This document shows, piece after piece, positions 9,810 through 19,382 of a DNA stretch of 60,013 nt. The position numbers were made by a program, and so were the translations under genes. The stretch covers positions 1 to 60,013 of the forward strand of contig VBOJ01000050.1 of assembly GCA_005877775.1 (NCBI GenBank). The letters run 5' to 3'. Within the stretch, counting starts at the first letter, position 1, and each line of letters starts with the position of its first letter. The stretch comes from Nitrospirota bacterium (GTDB taxonomy: Bacteria > Nitrospirota > Nitrospiria > Nitrospirales > Nitrospiraceae). The notes under the pieces are model-generated. The model was not told the DNA's origin. It did no database searches and saw nothing but the letters and a program-made list of their open reading frames with translations.

Positions 9810-9994
9810 CTACGTCCCGCCTTTATCATCCTTCTTTTCATCCATTGAGTCGGGCTCGGCCTTCGGACTATCTATTTCTTGTCCTTGGCCTAGCCTTCGG
9901 TTGGAACAAGCTCTGGGGCCGCCGCGAATGTCACGATTCCGATCCCAAAGCTCAGCATAACCGCCAGCGCGATCAACCTGATCGACTTTTTCAT
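9810..9994 (-). pseudogene. decayed paralog of the 7133..7324 secreted K/D/E-rich peptide
   Basis: AGGAGGA RBS and signal peptide MKKSIRLIALAVMLSFG. TAG sits where the sister has CAG, and a 1-nt deletion follows. The tail DEKKDDKGG is recovered in the +2 frame. Confidence 0.55.
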
Positions 9995-10373
9995 TTCATG
10001 TCCTCCTGATGCGAATGGATGGTAAAATTGGGAAGAGTCTTCTACGAGTATGCATCGGGCGATCGAGATCGTCCCGCATATGGTGGGGCATTGGGTAGGT
10101 CCCACTCTGAGAGCAAACAAGGGAAGCACCGAATGTCCTGAACGCACCCCCGTAGACTTGATACATGATTATTCAATGGCTTTTGAAAATCTACCAACCC
10201 TATGGTGTAGAGGGACTGACGGTAATAAAATCCTTCCGGGAAATTCGCCACCCGTAATAATCCTTGTTGATTTAGGGTAGGCCGAGCTTGTATGAGTTTC
10301 CCTACTGGACTGGAGGGGAGACCTCCACAGCTCTGGATCCTGATGACAGCCAACGTTCTCTCGGGAGCTAAGC

Positions 10374-11618
10374 ATGTCGGATTTTCATCAGAATGGCGTG
10401 GTAACCGTGCTGCACCGCTTGGGTCCGCCGAACGTTGACCAACTCGAGGAGGAGCTCCAACGTCACGCCACGGTGAATCCAATTGCCTTGGTGTTGCCTT
10501 CCCTCTACGCCGAACTCCAACGGCCTGCACTCAAGACAATCGTCGAGACCTTGAAAGAGGTCCGCTATCTCAACGAAATCGTCATCTCGCTGGACCGTGC
10601 CTCCGCCTTGGAATTCCGCCTGGCAAAGGAGTACTTTTCAGCGCTCCCGCAGCGGGTGCGGCTCATCTGGAACGACGGCGCCCGCATTCAAGACATCCTG
10701 AAGCTGCTGGTTTCACACGAGATTGACGTCGGTCTGCCAGGGAAAGGTCGAGGCTGCTGGACCGCCTTCGGATACGTGCTCGCTCGCCGGCAGAGCAAAG
10801 CCATCGCTTTGCACGATTGTGACGTACTGAGTTACAACCGTGAATATCTGGCGCGGTTATGTTACCCGATTGCCAACCCGAACCTCGGCTACGAGTTCTG
10901 CAAGGGCTATTACAGTCGCGTGACAGACCGCCTCCACGGCCGGGTCACTCGCCTCTTCATCACGCCTCTGATCAGAAGCCTCCAGCAACTGGTGGGGCCT
11001 CACCCGCTGCTGACCTTTCTAGACAGCTTCAGATATCCGCTGGCCGGTGAATTTGCAATGGTCCGGGATCTGGCGTGGATCAACCGGATCCCAGGCGACT
11101 GGGGACTCGAGGTGGGCGTGTTGGCGGAGGTCTACCGAAATTGTGCCTTGCGTCGGATCTGCCAAGCCGATATTGCGGACGCCTACGAGCACAAACACCA
11201 GGCTCTGTCGGCTGATAATCCGAACGCAGGGTTGCTCAAGATGTGCATGGACATCACCAAGTCGTTGTTCCGGAATCTGGCCAGCGAGGGGGTGGTCCTG
11301 TCAGAGGGGCTCCTCAAGACACTGCAGGCCACCTATCTGCAAGCTGCCCAGGAGGCCATTAGCCGGTACGAGAATGACGCCGCCATCAACAGCCTGAAGT
11401 TCGATCGGCACCAAGAACGGACCGCGGTCGAGGCCTTTCTCAAAGGCCTCAAGCTGGCCACGGACGGATTTCTGGAGGACCCGCTCGGGGTGCCGATGAT
11501 CTCGAACTGGAGTCGTGTGGCGGCCGCGGTGCCCGACATTTTCGGCCTCCTCATCGAGGCGGTTGAAGAGGACCATGAGTGGAATCCCGCGGCGGAGGCT
11601 GAACAGGCTCGTGCATGA
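10374..11618 (+). CDS. glycosyltransferase, probable glucosyl-3-phosphoglycerate synthase-like enzyme
   Basis: 414 aa. The N-terminus FHQNGVVTVLHRLG and the HDCD (DxD-like) motif match my recollection of GpgS/MpgS-type enzymes. Not verified by search. Confidence 0.55.
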   Translation: MSDFHQNGVVTVLHRLGPPNVDQLEEELQRHATVNPIALVLPSLYAELQRPALKTIVETLKEVRYLNEIVISLDRASALEFRLAKEYFSALPQRVRLIWNDGARIQDILKLLVSHEIDVGLPGKGRGCWTAFGYVLARRQSKAIALHDCDVLSYNREYLARLCYPIANPNLGYEFCKGYYSRVTDRLHGRVTRLFITPLIRSLQQLVGPHPLLTFLDSFRYPLAGEFAMVRDLAWINRIPGDWGLEVGVLAEVYRNCALRRICQADIADAYEHKHQALSADNPNAGLLKMCMDITKSLFRNLASEGVVLSEGLLKTLQATYLQAAQEAISRYENDAAINSLKFDRHQERTAVEAFLKGLKLATDGFLEDPLGVPMISNWSRVAAAVPDIFGLLIEAVEEDHEWNPAAEAEQARA

Positions 11619-12889
11619 CCGCCGCAGCGACTCCCCTCACGCCAGAGACCGAGGCCAAAGTCCAGGAGATCGGCGAAACGGACGTTCTGGTCGGCATTCC
11701 CAGTTATAACAACACCGACACGATCGGCCATGTCGTCCGCGCAGTCAGCGCCGGACTGGCCAAATACTTTGCCCGATCGCGAGTGGTCTTGGTCAATTCA
11801 GACGGTGGCTCGTCTGATGGCACGCCCGAAGCTGTCTCCCGAGCGGTAGTGGACCTCGGAACCCTGCTGATCAGTGAGCAGCAGAGTCCGCTGCACAAGA
11901 TCATCACGCCCTACCATGGAATCCCCGGGAAGGGCAGCGCGTTTCGGACCATCTTCGAGATCGCGAGGCGGCTGAAGGCAAAGGCCTGCGCGGTCGTGGA
12001 CTCAGATCTCCGAAGCATCACGCCGGAGTGGATCGAGTTGTTGGCCCGGCCAGTGTTGGAGGAAGGCTACGACTATGTCGCACCCTACTATCTCCGTCAC
12101 AAATACGACGGAACCATTACCAACAGCATCGTCTATCCCCTGACCCGCGCCCTCTACGGCCAGCGCATTCGCCAGCCGATTGGCGGTGATTTTGGCTTCT
12201 CCGGGAGGCTGGCGGAACATTATCTGGAGAAACATGTCTGGGAATCTGATGTGGCCCGCTTCGGCATTGATATCTGGATGACGACAGAGGCGATCGCCAA
12301 CGGAGCGAGGGTCTGTCAGAGCTTTTTAGGGGCGAAAATCCATAACCCCAAGGATCCAACTGCCGATCTCTCGGCTATGCTGGTTCAGGTCATGGGAGCT
12401 GTCTTCGCTTTGATGGAAGAGCATCAACCAGTCTGGGGGGGAGTGAAGGGTTCGAATCCCGTCAAGCTGTTTGGGTTCCAGTACGATGTCGGCGTCGAGC
12501 CGGTCAACGTCAACGTGGATCGCATGATCAGCAGTTTCCGGCAGGGCCTCGCTGATCTAGAGCCAATCTGGAGGGAGATGCTGGCGCCGGGTACGGTCGA
12601 AGGGCTCCTTCCCTTAAAGGACTGTCCACTCCAGGCCTTTCGCATTCCCGACGGGCTCTGGGCTCGACTCGTTTATGATGTCGCTGTGTCCTATCACCAT
12701 CGTGTCATGCCACGCGAGCACCTGCTCAAAGCGTTCACACCGCTCTATCTGGGGCGCACAGCGACGTTTGTGCTGGAGACACAAGGACTCACATCTTCCG
12801 AAGCTGAAGGGCGGATTGAGTCACTCTGTCAAGCCTTCGAGGACCGCAAGCCGTATCTGGTAGAACGATGGGGCGCAGGACGCGAGTAG
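11615..12889 (+). CDS. GT-A fold (family 2-like) glycosyltransferase, specificity unknown
   Basis: 424 aa. VLVGIPSYNNTDTIGHVV...VNSDGGSSDGT and VVDSDL motifs. ATGA overlap with the upstream gene. Confidence 0.6.
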   Translation: MTAAATPLTPETEAKVQEIGETDVLVGIPSYNNTDTIGHVVRAVSAGLAKYFARSRVVLVNSDGGSSDGTPEAVSRAVVDLGTLLISEQQSPLHKIITPYHGIPGKGSAFRTIFEIARRLKAKACAVVDSDLRSITPEWIELLARPVLEEGYDYVAPYYLRHKYDGTITNSIVYPLTRALYGQRIRQPIGGDFGFSGRLAEHYLEKHVWESDVARFGIDIWMTTEAIANGARVCQSFLGAKIHNPKDPTADLSAMLVQVMGAVFALMEEHQPVWGGVKGSNPVKLFGFQYDVGVEPVNVNVDRMISSFRQGLADLEPIWREMLAPGTVEGLLPLKDCPLQAFRIPDGLWARLVYDVAVSYHHRVMPREHLLKAFTPLYLGRTATFVLETQGLTSSEAEGRIESLCQAFEDRKPYLVERWGAGRE

Positions 12890-12973
12890 CGTATAGCCAA
12901 TAGCGAACAGCTCTGAACCCGAAGTTGTGCAGGCCCTGCTGGCTCTTCGCTATCAGCTCTCGAGGAGGACATC

Positions 12974-13681
12974 ATGAAAGAATTCTGGGAGAAAGCCCTG
13001 TTGGGACCGCTGGAGACGTTGAGCAGGAGTGTGCTCTCGGTACTGCCGAATGTGCTCGCCATGTCTATTATCTTGTTGGTTGGGCTCGCGGCTGCCTGGT
13101 CGATCGGTCTCGTGGTGGAGCGGCTGCTGCGCGTGATCGGATTAGACCATCTCACCAACCGGCTCGGAGTGAATGCTGCCTTGACGCGTGGCGGAGTCAA
13201 GGCCGATCCCTCCCATCTGGTCGGCCGAACGGTCTATTGGCTGGTGGTGGCATTTGCGGTCCTGGCTGGGTTGGGGGCACTGAATCTCCAACCGCTCAAC
13301 CAGTTTGCCCAGTCCTTTCTGGCCTACCTTCCGCGCCTGTTCACCGCCACGCTGATTCTGGTGGCCGGCTACCTGCTCTCGAACTTCGTCTCGCAGGCCG
13401 TCCTGATTGCCGCGGTCAATGCGGGCATTCCGCCCGCACGGCTTGTGGCAGCCTGCTCACGATGGGGCGTTCAACTTGTCGCAGTGGCCATGGCCCTGGA
13501 GCAACTCAGTATCGCGCAGAACATTGTGGTGGTGGGGTTTGGAATCATGTTCGGCGGTATCGTCATGGCTGCGGCGATCGCGTTCGGGCTGGGCGCGAAG
13601 GATCTGGCCAAGGAGTTCCTCGAGCAACGGCTCAGCAATAAATCTCGAGATCGCGCTCCCGATGATCTGCGGCATCTCTGA
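12974..13681 (+). CDS. membrane protein with repeated 'conserved TM helix' segments (mechanosensitive-channel-associated type)
   Basis: 235 aa with about five hydrophobic helices of a repeated pattern. Confidence 0.6.
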   Translation: MKEFWEKALLGPLETLSRSVLSVLPNVLAMSIILLVGLAAAWSIGLVVERLLRVIGLDHLTNRLGVNAALTRGGVKADPSHLVGRTVYWLVVAFAVLAGLGALNLQPLNQFAQSFLAYLPRLFTATLILVAGYLLSNFVSQAVLIAAVNAGIPPARLVAACSRWGVQLVAVAMALEQLSIAQNIVVVGFGIMFGGIVMAAAIAFGLGAKDLAKEFLEQRLSNKSRDRAPDDLRHL

Positions 13682-13689
13682 AGTGAGAG

Positions 13690-13929
13690 GTGGATAACAT
13701 GGCTGCAAGGAGAAAGCACCCGACCGATCACATGCGGAGTCGCCCTCCCGATCCACATCGCTCTGAAGAGTGGTTGGGAGGCGAGGCGCATGTGCGTTTT
13801 CAGCGAGGGCGGAGTTGGCGCGACCTGTTTCAAAGCCATCGAAAAGGTATGGCCGGCTTGGCCTTGGCCTTTCTGGTCGGGATCGCAGTCGGGACCGGCG
13901 TAAGCATCCTGACCAATCACAGACGGTAG
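13690..13929 (+). CDS. possible small protein with a C-terminal TM helix
   Basis: 79-aa ORF ending in GLALAFLVGIAVGTGVSIL. No clear RBS. Weak call. Confidence 0.25.
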   Translation: MDNMAARRKHPTDHMRSRPPDPHRSEEWLGGEAHVRFQRGRSWRDLFQSHRKGMAGLALAFLVGIAVGTGVSILTNHRR

Positions 13930-13935
13930 AGCAGA

Positions 13936-14628
13936 ATGGTTCGAGGACATTCACCCATGGGCGCCCGGCGTGCTGGGAGCCCTTTTCGCTTCGTGAGTTG
14001 CATGGAGTTGCGGGAAGTCATGGGCCAGCGAGCCATGGACGAGCAACGGTTGCTCGAGCTCATCGAGGAGATCCCGGCGGACAGCATTTACTACCATACC
14101 CACAGCTATTATCTGAGACACGCCTATGCTCAGGGGCTGTTCCCGAACGATTTCGCGACCTGGGTGACGCTGCACGCACATGATAGAGTGCTGGGAGAAC
14201 AGCTAGGCATTCTCGACCCCTTCGAGTTCGACGGCATCGAGCAGCTCCGCGGCGAGATCCTGGCGATTATGAGCGAGCATCTGAGCCACATCAAAACCCT
14301 CCCGCGCGCGACAACCGGCGAGCCATTCGAGTTCATGCGTTCGCACGTGATCGAGGCTGATCTGGGCCTGGAGACCTGGACGCTTCGGGAATTTCGCGAT
14401 GCCCTCGCTCACGTGGAGGTCGGGGCAATCTACAACCACGTCTGTGAAGCGCGGTTGCGAAAGGGACGGCTGTCCGGCGATTTCGCCGATTGGCTGTCCG
14501 CGGAAGATGGGCTAGGCCTGCAAGAATTGGCTGCGCGGGTTGCGAAGGTAGGCTGCCTGGGGGTGAGCTTGGAGGGAATACGGGAACAGATCGTTCGGTT
14601 GTGCGACCGGGAGCTTGCCGCCCGATGA
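13936..14628 (+). CDS. conserved hypothetical protein translationally coupled to the TreT-like gene
   Basis: 230-aa ORF with no recognised motif. Its stop overlaps the next start (ATGA at 14625-14628). Confidence 0.5.
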   Translation: MVRGHSPMGARRAGSPFRFVSCMELREVMGQRAMDEQRLLELIEEIPADSIYYHTHSYYLRHAYAQGLFPNDFATWVTLHAHDRVLGEQLGILDPFEFDGIEQLRGEILAIMSEHLSHIKTLPRATTGEPFEFMRSHVIEADLGLETWTLREFRDALAHVEVGAIYNHVCEARLRKGRLSGDFADWLSAEDGLGLQELAARVAKVGCLGVSLEGIREQIVRLCDRELAAR

Positions 14629-15821
14629 GAGCGATGCTCGAACAGTATCGAGAGGTGGCCCCACGGGGGACCGTGGAGTTCCTGCGGCAGCTCGGCCAGC
14701 GAGTCGAGGGCAAACGCATGTTGCACGTCAATTCCACCCGTCAGGGCGGTGGGGTGGCCGAAATCCTTCAGCGGTTAGTGCCCCTGCTTGAGGAACTCGG
14801 GGTCAAGACCAGGTGGGAGGTGATGACAGGATCCGACCTGTTCTATCGGACGACCAAAAGTTTCCATAACGCGCTTCAGGGAACCAAGCAGCGGATCACG
14901 GCGGAGATGTACGAGGCCTACCTTGAGTGCAACCGCGAGAATGCAAAGCGGTTGGACTTGGAAGCGGATGTCGCCATGATCCACGATCCTCAGCCCGCGG
15001 CCCTGATCGAGGCTCGTCCTGAGGGCTCGACGTGGATCTGGCGATGCCACATTGACGTCTCGACACCCCAGCGGTCGGTCTGGCACTTCCTCCGCCCTTA
15101 CCTGGTCCGGTACGATGCGGCCATCGTCTCGCTGCCTAAGTTTGCCCAGCGGCTGCCAATCCCCCAGTTCTTGGTCTATCCTTCTATTGACCCGCTGAGC
15201 GACAAGAATCGCGATCTGACGCCAGAGGAGGTTGACCAGATCCTCGCAAGGCTGGGCGTGCCGCGAGATAAACCGATTCTGCTTCAAGTGTCGCGGTTCG
15301 ACCGGTTTAAGGATCCAGTTGGGGTCGTTGAGGCCTACCGGCTGGTAAAAAAGAGTCACGACTGCCGTCTGGTGCTGGCCGGTGGGACCGCCACGGATGA
15401 TCCCGAAGGAGCAGAGGTCCTTGCGGAGGTGCAGGAAGCAGCAGGTGCTGACTCAAACGTGCATCTCCTGCTCTTGCCCCCTACGGCCAACCTCGAGATC
15501 AACGCATTACAGCAGGCTGCGACGATCGTGTTCCAGAAGTCCACGCGAGAGGGATTCGGGCTGACGGTCGCGGAAGCGCTCTGGAAGGGCAAGCCGGTCA
15601 TCGGAGGCGAAACCGGTGGCATCACGGTTCAGATCATTCCTGGTGCGACAGGATACACGGTGAACTCTCCGGAAGGGGCCGCGTTCTACGCGAAACGCCT
15701 CCTCAACGAACCGGACCGGATGGCTGCCATGGGCCGGCAGGGAAAGGAGTATGCCCGCCATCGATTTCTCATCACCCGACATCTCCAAGACTACCTCGGT
15801 CTAATGATCCATCTTGGATAA
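14625..15821 (+). CDS. treT: GT4 glycosyltransferase, trehalose glycosyltransferring synthase (TreT)-like
   Basis: HVNSTRQGGGVAEIL and TKSFHNALQG motifs match TreT-type enzymes as I recall them. Start set at the ATGA overlap; the ORF extends to 14490. Confidence 0.65.
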   Translation: MRAMLEQYREVAPRGTVEFLRQLGQRVEGKRMLHVNSTRQGGGVAEILQRLVPLLEELGVKTRWEVMTGSDLFYRTTKSFHNALQGTKQRITAEMYEAYLECNRENAKRLDLEADVAMIHDPQPAALIEARPEGSTWIWRCHIDVSTPQRSVWHFLRPYLVRYDAAIVSLPKFAQRLPIPQFLVYPSIDPLSDKNRDLTPEEVDQILARLGVPRDKPILLQVSRFDRFKDPVGVVEAYRLVKKSHDCRLVLAGGTATDDPEGAEVLAEVQEAAGADSNVHLLLLPPTANLEINALQQAATIVFQKSTREGFGLTVAEALWKGKPVIGGETGGITVQIIPGATGYTVNSPEGAAFYAKRLLNEPDRMAAMGRQGKEYARHRFLITRHLQDYLGLMIHLG

Positions 15822-16089
15822 AGCCGACGTTCAGCCGAACCCTCCACCACAGTGGATAGATCCTGCTCGTCCCCTGAGCAGGCAGTGAGTGCCGCTGAGC
15901 GCTAGATTTTGCGGTGCTCGCCTGCCGACACCCTATCGGTTCCGATTCGACATTCTCCACAAGAGATCAGCTTTTTTATCCATTGGGCAGTGGCTAGTGC
16001 TCCTGTTACCCTACCGGTATGGTGATGATCAGGCCGACTGAGAAAGTCAGCAACCCACCCACCCCCCAAGCCTCACAGGAGGGGAGAGC

Positions 16090-16389
16090 ATGAAGCAATT
16101 CTTTCATGTGCTAATCGCGGTGAGCCTGACGGTCGGAGGCATGACGCGGATGGTAGCCGATGATGTCGTGCTGGCGCAGACGGCGCCTCCTTTACAAATA
16201 CAAACTCTGAAGGGGCAACTGTTTGCCATACAGGGAGAGGTCTATGTGTTGAGGGACGCTGCCGGAAGATTCGTGAGAGTGCGGGTTGACTAGGACACGA
16301 AGAAGGTTCGCCCCCTTGTTGCCGGAGAGAAGATCGAGGCACAAGTGTCCCAGGACGGCCGTGCGCTCTCGCTGAGGCCGGCTCAGTAG
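16090..16389 (+). pseudogene. small secreted protein gene interrupted by an in-frame TAG (paralog of 6614..6931)
   Basis: GGAGGGG RBS and a signal peptide. TAG at 16291-16293 aligns with an AAG Lys codon of the paralog. Similarity (DTKK...GEKI...SQDG...AQ-stop) continues for 31 codons past the TAG. Confidence 0.6.
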
Positions 16390-16423
16390 CGTGCCTCCAA
16401 CGATCAACCAGAAAGGAGCAACA

Positions 16424-17521
16424 ATGAGAATTGCTCAGATCGCACCCCTGTGGGAAAGCGTCCCGCCCAAGTGTTATGGAGGGACGGAGCGGATTGTGTC
16501 TTATCTGACCGAAGAATTGGTTCGACTGGGCCACGATGTGACGCTGTTTGCCAGTGGTGACTCCAGGACAGCTGCTCGGCTCGATCCGGTCTGCCCTCAA
16601 GCGCTTCGCCTGAACTCCGGTATATTCCATCGCGATGCACCGTTCATCCTCATGTTGGAACGAGTCTTCCGTCTCTCAGGGGAGTTCGACCTCATCCATT
16701 CGCACCTGGACCTGTTGGGGTTCCCACTCTGGCGCCGGTGCAAAGTTCCGGTCATCAGCACGCTACACGGACGGTTGGATCTGCCCAATCTCATCCCTGT
16801 GTACCATGAGTTTGCCGACATGCCGCTGGTCTCGATCTCCAACGCCCAGCGCCGACCGCTCCAATGGGCAAACTGGCAAGCCACGGTGCATCACGGCCTG
16901 CCACGCGACCTCTACCGGTTCCATCCCGAACCGGGAAAGTACCTTGCGTTCCTCGGGCGCATCGCGCCAGAAAAGCGGCCTGATCACGCGATTGAAATCG
17001 CAAAACGAGTGGGGCTTCCGCTGCGCATTGCGGCCAAAGTGGACCCGGTTGATCGCAACTACTTTCACACCGAAATCGAGCCGCTGCTCGACCATCCCCT
17101 GGTCGAGTACGTCGGCGAGCTGACCGACGCCGAGAAAGATGATTTTCTCGGGGAGGCTTACGCACTCATGGCGCCCTTTGACTGGCCCGAGCCGTTCGGG
17201 CTCGTGTTCATCGAATCGCTGGCCTGTGGGACGCCGGTTCTGGCCTATCGCCGGGGTTCGATCCCGGAACTTATCGACGACGGCATCACCGGCTTCGTCT
17301 GCGAAGGCCCAAGCAAGATGGCCGCGGCCGTCGAGCAGGTGTCCTTGATCGACCGGCACCGATGCCGGCAAGCCTTTGAGGACCGATTTACGGTGGAGCG
17401 GATGGTACAAGATTACCTCGCAGTCTATGAGGATATGGTGGGCCAGGTTGGAGCCTTCACCGTTCCCGACAGAAGCCGATTCATTCAAAGACCCTCAGTC
17501 ACCGTTCAAGGTCTGTCGTGA
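16424..17521 (+). CDS. glycosyltransferase family 4 (GT-B, group 1)
   Basis: MRIAQIAPLWESVPPKCYGGTERIV N-terminus and an EPFGLVFIESLACGTPV motif. AAAGGAG RBS before 16424. Confidence 0.8.
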   Translation: MRIAQIAPLWESVPPKCYGGTERIVSYLTEELVRLGHDVTLFASGDSRTAARLDPVCPQALRLNSGIFHRDAPFILMLERVFRLSGEFDLIHSHLDLLGFPLWRRCKVPVISTLHGRLDLPNLIPVYHEFADMPLVSISNAQRRPLQWANWQATVHHGLPRDLYRFHPEPGKYLAFLGRIAPEKRPDHAIEIAKRVGLPLRIAAKVDPVDRNYFHTEIEPLLDHPLVEYVGELTDAEKDDFLGEAYALMAPFDWPEPFGLVFIESLACGTPVLAYRRGSIPELIDDGITGFVCEGPSKMAAAVEQVSLIDRHRCRQAFEDRFTVERMVQDYLAVYEDMVGQVGAFTVPDRSRFIQRPSVTVQGLS

Positions 17522-18837
17522 TCCCGACGAACGCAAACGAGATGGGGAACAAGGCCGCCCGGGGCGAAATCCCGGTGGCGCCCCCGAGGCTTCCTCCTTT
17601 GGGATGGCGACTGGTCAACACACGGGATTTTGGTCTGCTCTTTTCCGGCCAAGTCATCTCCCAGATCGGGGACAGTCTGAACAAGGTGGCGCTGCTCTGG
17701 TTCGTCTATGAGCTCACCGGTTCGGCGATCAAGATGACGGTGATCGGACTGCTGCAGACGATCCCTCCCCTCTTGTTTGGACCCGTGATCGGCGTGTACC
17801 TGGATCGTCTCCCCAAGAAGGCGGTCATGATCTGGGTCGATCTGGTTCGGACCCTGATGATTCTGTGCATTCCTGTGCTCTATGCGATGAATGCACTGAC
17901 CCTGGCGCGGCTGTACCTGTTCGTGTTCCTGATCGCGATCGTGTCGACCGTCTTCGGGCCCGCCCTGGCTTCGGCAGTCCCCGACCTCGTCAATCGGTCA
18001 CAGCTCACCTCGGCCAATGCCCTGATCCAAAGCACGACTTACATCGGAATACTAGTAGGCCCGGCGGCTAGCGGACTGGGCATCGCCCTGATTGGGGCAC
18101 AGAACGTGCTGTACATTGATGCTGCAACCTTCTTCATCTCGGCTCTCTGCCTGATGCCGATTCGGGTCCGGGCCTCTGGCGCCGCGACCGGTCAGTCAGC
18201 GGTCCCGCAGACGTTCGCGCACGAGTTGCTCGTCGGATTTCGGTTCGTGTTTCTCCAACACCGGCCGGTCTTCCTCCTCATGATGACGGCCACCTTCTAC
18301 AGTCTGGGAGCCAGCGCCTTCGTCTTTCTCCTGCCCGTCTTCGCGAAGCAGGCGCTGCGCGTCGGACCAGTCGAGCTCGGGGTGCTCTGGTCAGCGCTCG
18401 GCGTTGGGATGTTGGTGACCTCCGCCTGGCTGGCCTGTGTCAAGCAGGACGGTCTCCGTAATCGGTTGCGCATGATCTCCGGCTCGATGGCCATCGGCGG
18501 GCTGGCGGTCTGCTGGCTCAGCCTGCTTGAGACACCCCTCTTGGCGAGTGTCCTGATGATCATCATAGGAGGCAGCACGGCTCTCTTCACGCCGATCGTC
18601 TGGGCCTTGCTACAGGAAATGACCCCAGCGCACCTGCTGGGCCGCGTGTTCACGACGTTCAGCACCGGGAGTATGTCTTCCGCCATGGCCGGCATGGCTG
18701 GCTTCGGTTGGGCGGCCGACAGGGTCGGGGCTGCCGCCAGCCTCATCGGCATCGGTCTGATCCTGCTTGGAACCGCGACCGTCGCAGCCCTGATCAGCCG
18801 TCACTGCGGCGGCCCGCGTCTGACCGGGGTCATGTAG
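17518..18837 (+). CDS. MFS transporter
   Basis: 439 aa, about 12 TM helices, and a DRLPKK-type loop motif. GTGA overlap with the GT4 gene. Confidence 0.8.
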   Translation: MIPTNANEMGNKAARGEIPVAPPRLPPLGWRLVNTRDFGLLFSGQVISQIGDSLNKVALLWFVYELTGSAIKMTVIGLLQTIPPLLFGPVIGVYLDRLPKKAVMIWVDLVRTLMILCIPVLYAMNALTLARLYLFVFLIAIVSTVFGPALASAVPDLVNRSQLTSANALIQSTTYIGILVGPAASGLGIALIGAQNVLYIDAATFFISALCLMPIRVRASGAATGQSAVPQTFAHELLVGFRFVFLQHRPVFLLMMTATFYSLGASAFVFLLPVFAKQALRVGPVELGVLWSALGVGMLVTSAWLACVKQDGLRNRLRMISGSMAIGGLAVCWLSLLETPLLASVLMIIIGGSTALFTPIVWALLQEMTPAHLLGRVFTTFSTGSMSSAMAGMAGFGWAADRVGAAASLIGIGLILLGTATVAALISRHCGGPRLTGVM

Positions 18838-18897
18838 CTGGACCTGGGGCTCCATATGAATGAGGCAAGAGACAGCAACTCAACAAAGGAGGAACCA

Positions 18898-19125
18898 ATG
18901 AGCAATCCAACACAAGACGTGCTGGTCACCGGACTCATCTTCGCCATGGGCCTGCTGGCAGGGGCAGCAACCGGCCTTTTGCTAGCTCCGAACTCGGGAA
19001 GCCACACTCGTCGGCAGCTTCGTAGTTTGGCTGATGACATCGGCGAGCATGCCAGCCGTATCGCTGAAGAGGCGTCGGAGGCGGTCAACGAGATGTTCGA
19101 ACATGGGAGATGTCTGACCCGATGA
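18898..19125 (+). CDS. YtxH-like small membrane-associated protein
   Basis: AAGGAGG RBS. GLLAGAATGLLLAPNSGSHTRRQL matches the YtxH pattern. Confidence 0.6.
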   Translation: MSNPTQDVLVTGLIFAMGLLAGAATGLLLAPNSGSHTRRQLRSLADDIGEHASRIAEEASEAVNEMFEHGRCLTR

Positions 19126-19340
19126 CGGGGAATGACTGGATGAGGAGGGACCCCATGACATGCCTACGTTGTCGTGGCTTGATGGTTCGTTACTGGTTCA
19201 TGGAACTGTTGGACGAGACTGGTCAGGAGCACTGCCGAGGATGGCGCTGTGTCAACTGCGGAGATCTCCTGGATTCTGTCATCCTGCAAAACGAAGCTCG
19301 GCGTTCAGTCAAGGCCTCGGCTGCCGCTTTGAGAACCTGA
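19110..19340 (+). CDS. small zinc-ribbon protein (two CxxC pairs)
   Basis: CLRC ... CVNC. The start is uncertain because several in-frame Met codons exist. Confidence 0.4.
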   Translation: MSDPMTGNDWMRRDPMTCLRCRGLMVRYWFMELLDETGQEHCRGWRCVNCGDLLDSVILQNEARRSVKASAAALRT

Positions 19341-19382
19341 GACCAGCCTCTTCAGAAGAGAGGCGGTGATGCCTCCCAAGGC

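Noticed and set aside
16291-16293. In-frame TAG codons (also 9890-9892) as pyrrolysine, and TGA at 19557 as selenocysteine.
   Set aside because: No pyl or sel genes are in the window, and I could see no hairpin downstream that resembles a selenocysteine insertion element. Each stop is one substitution from the sense codon seen in the paralog or repeat consensus. The 9.9-kb copy also carries a frameshift. Decay or sequencing error is the simpler explanation.
14775-17488. Antisense ORFs opposite the TreT-like (14775..15359) and GT4 (16763..17488) genes.
   Set aside because: Same reasoning: these are shadow frames in GC-rich genes.
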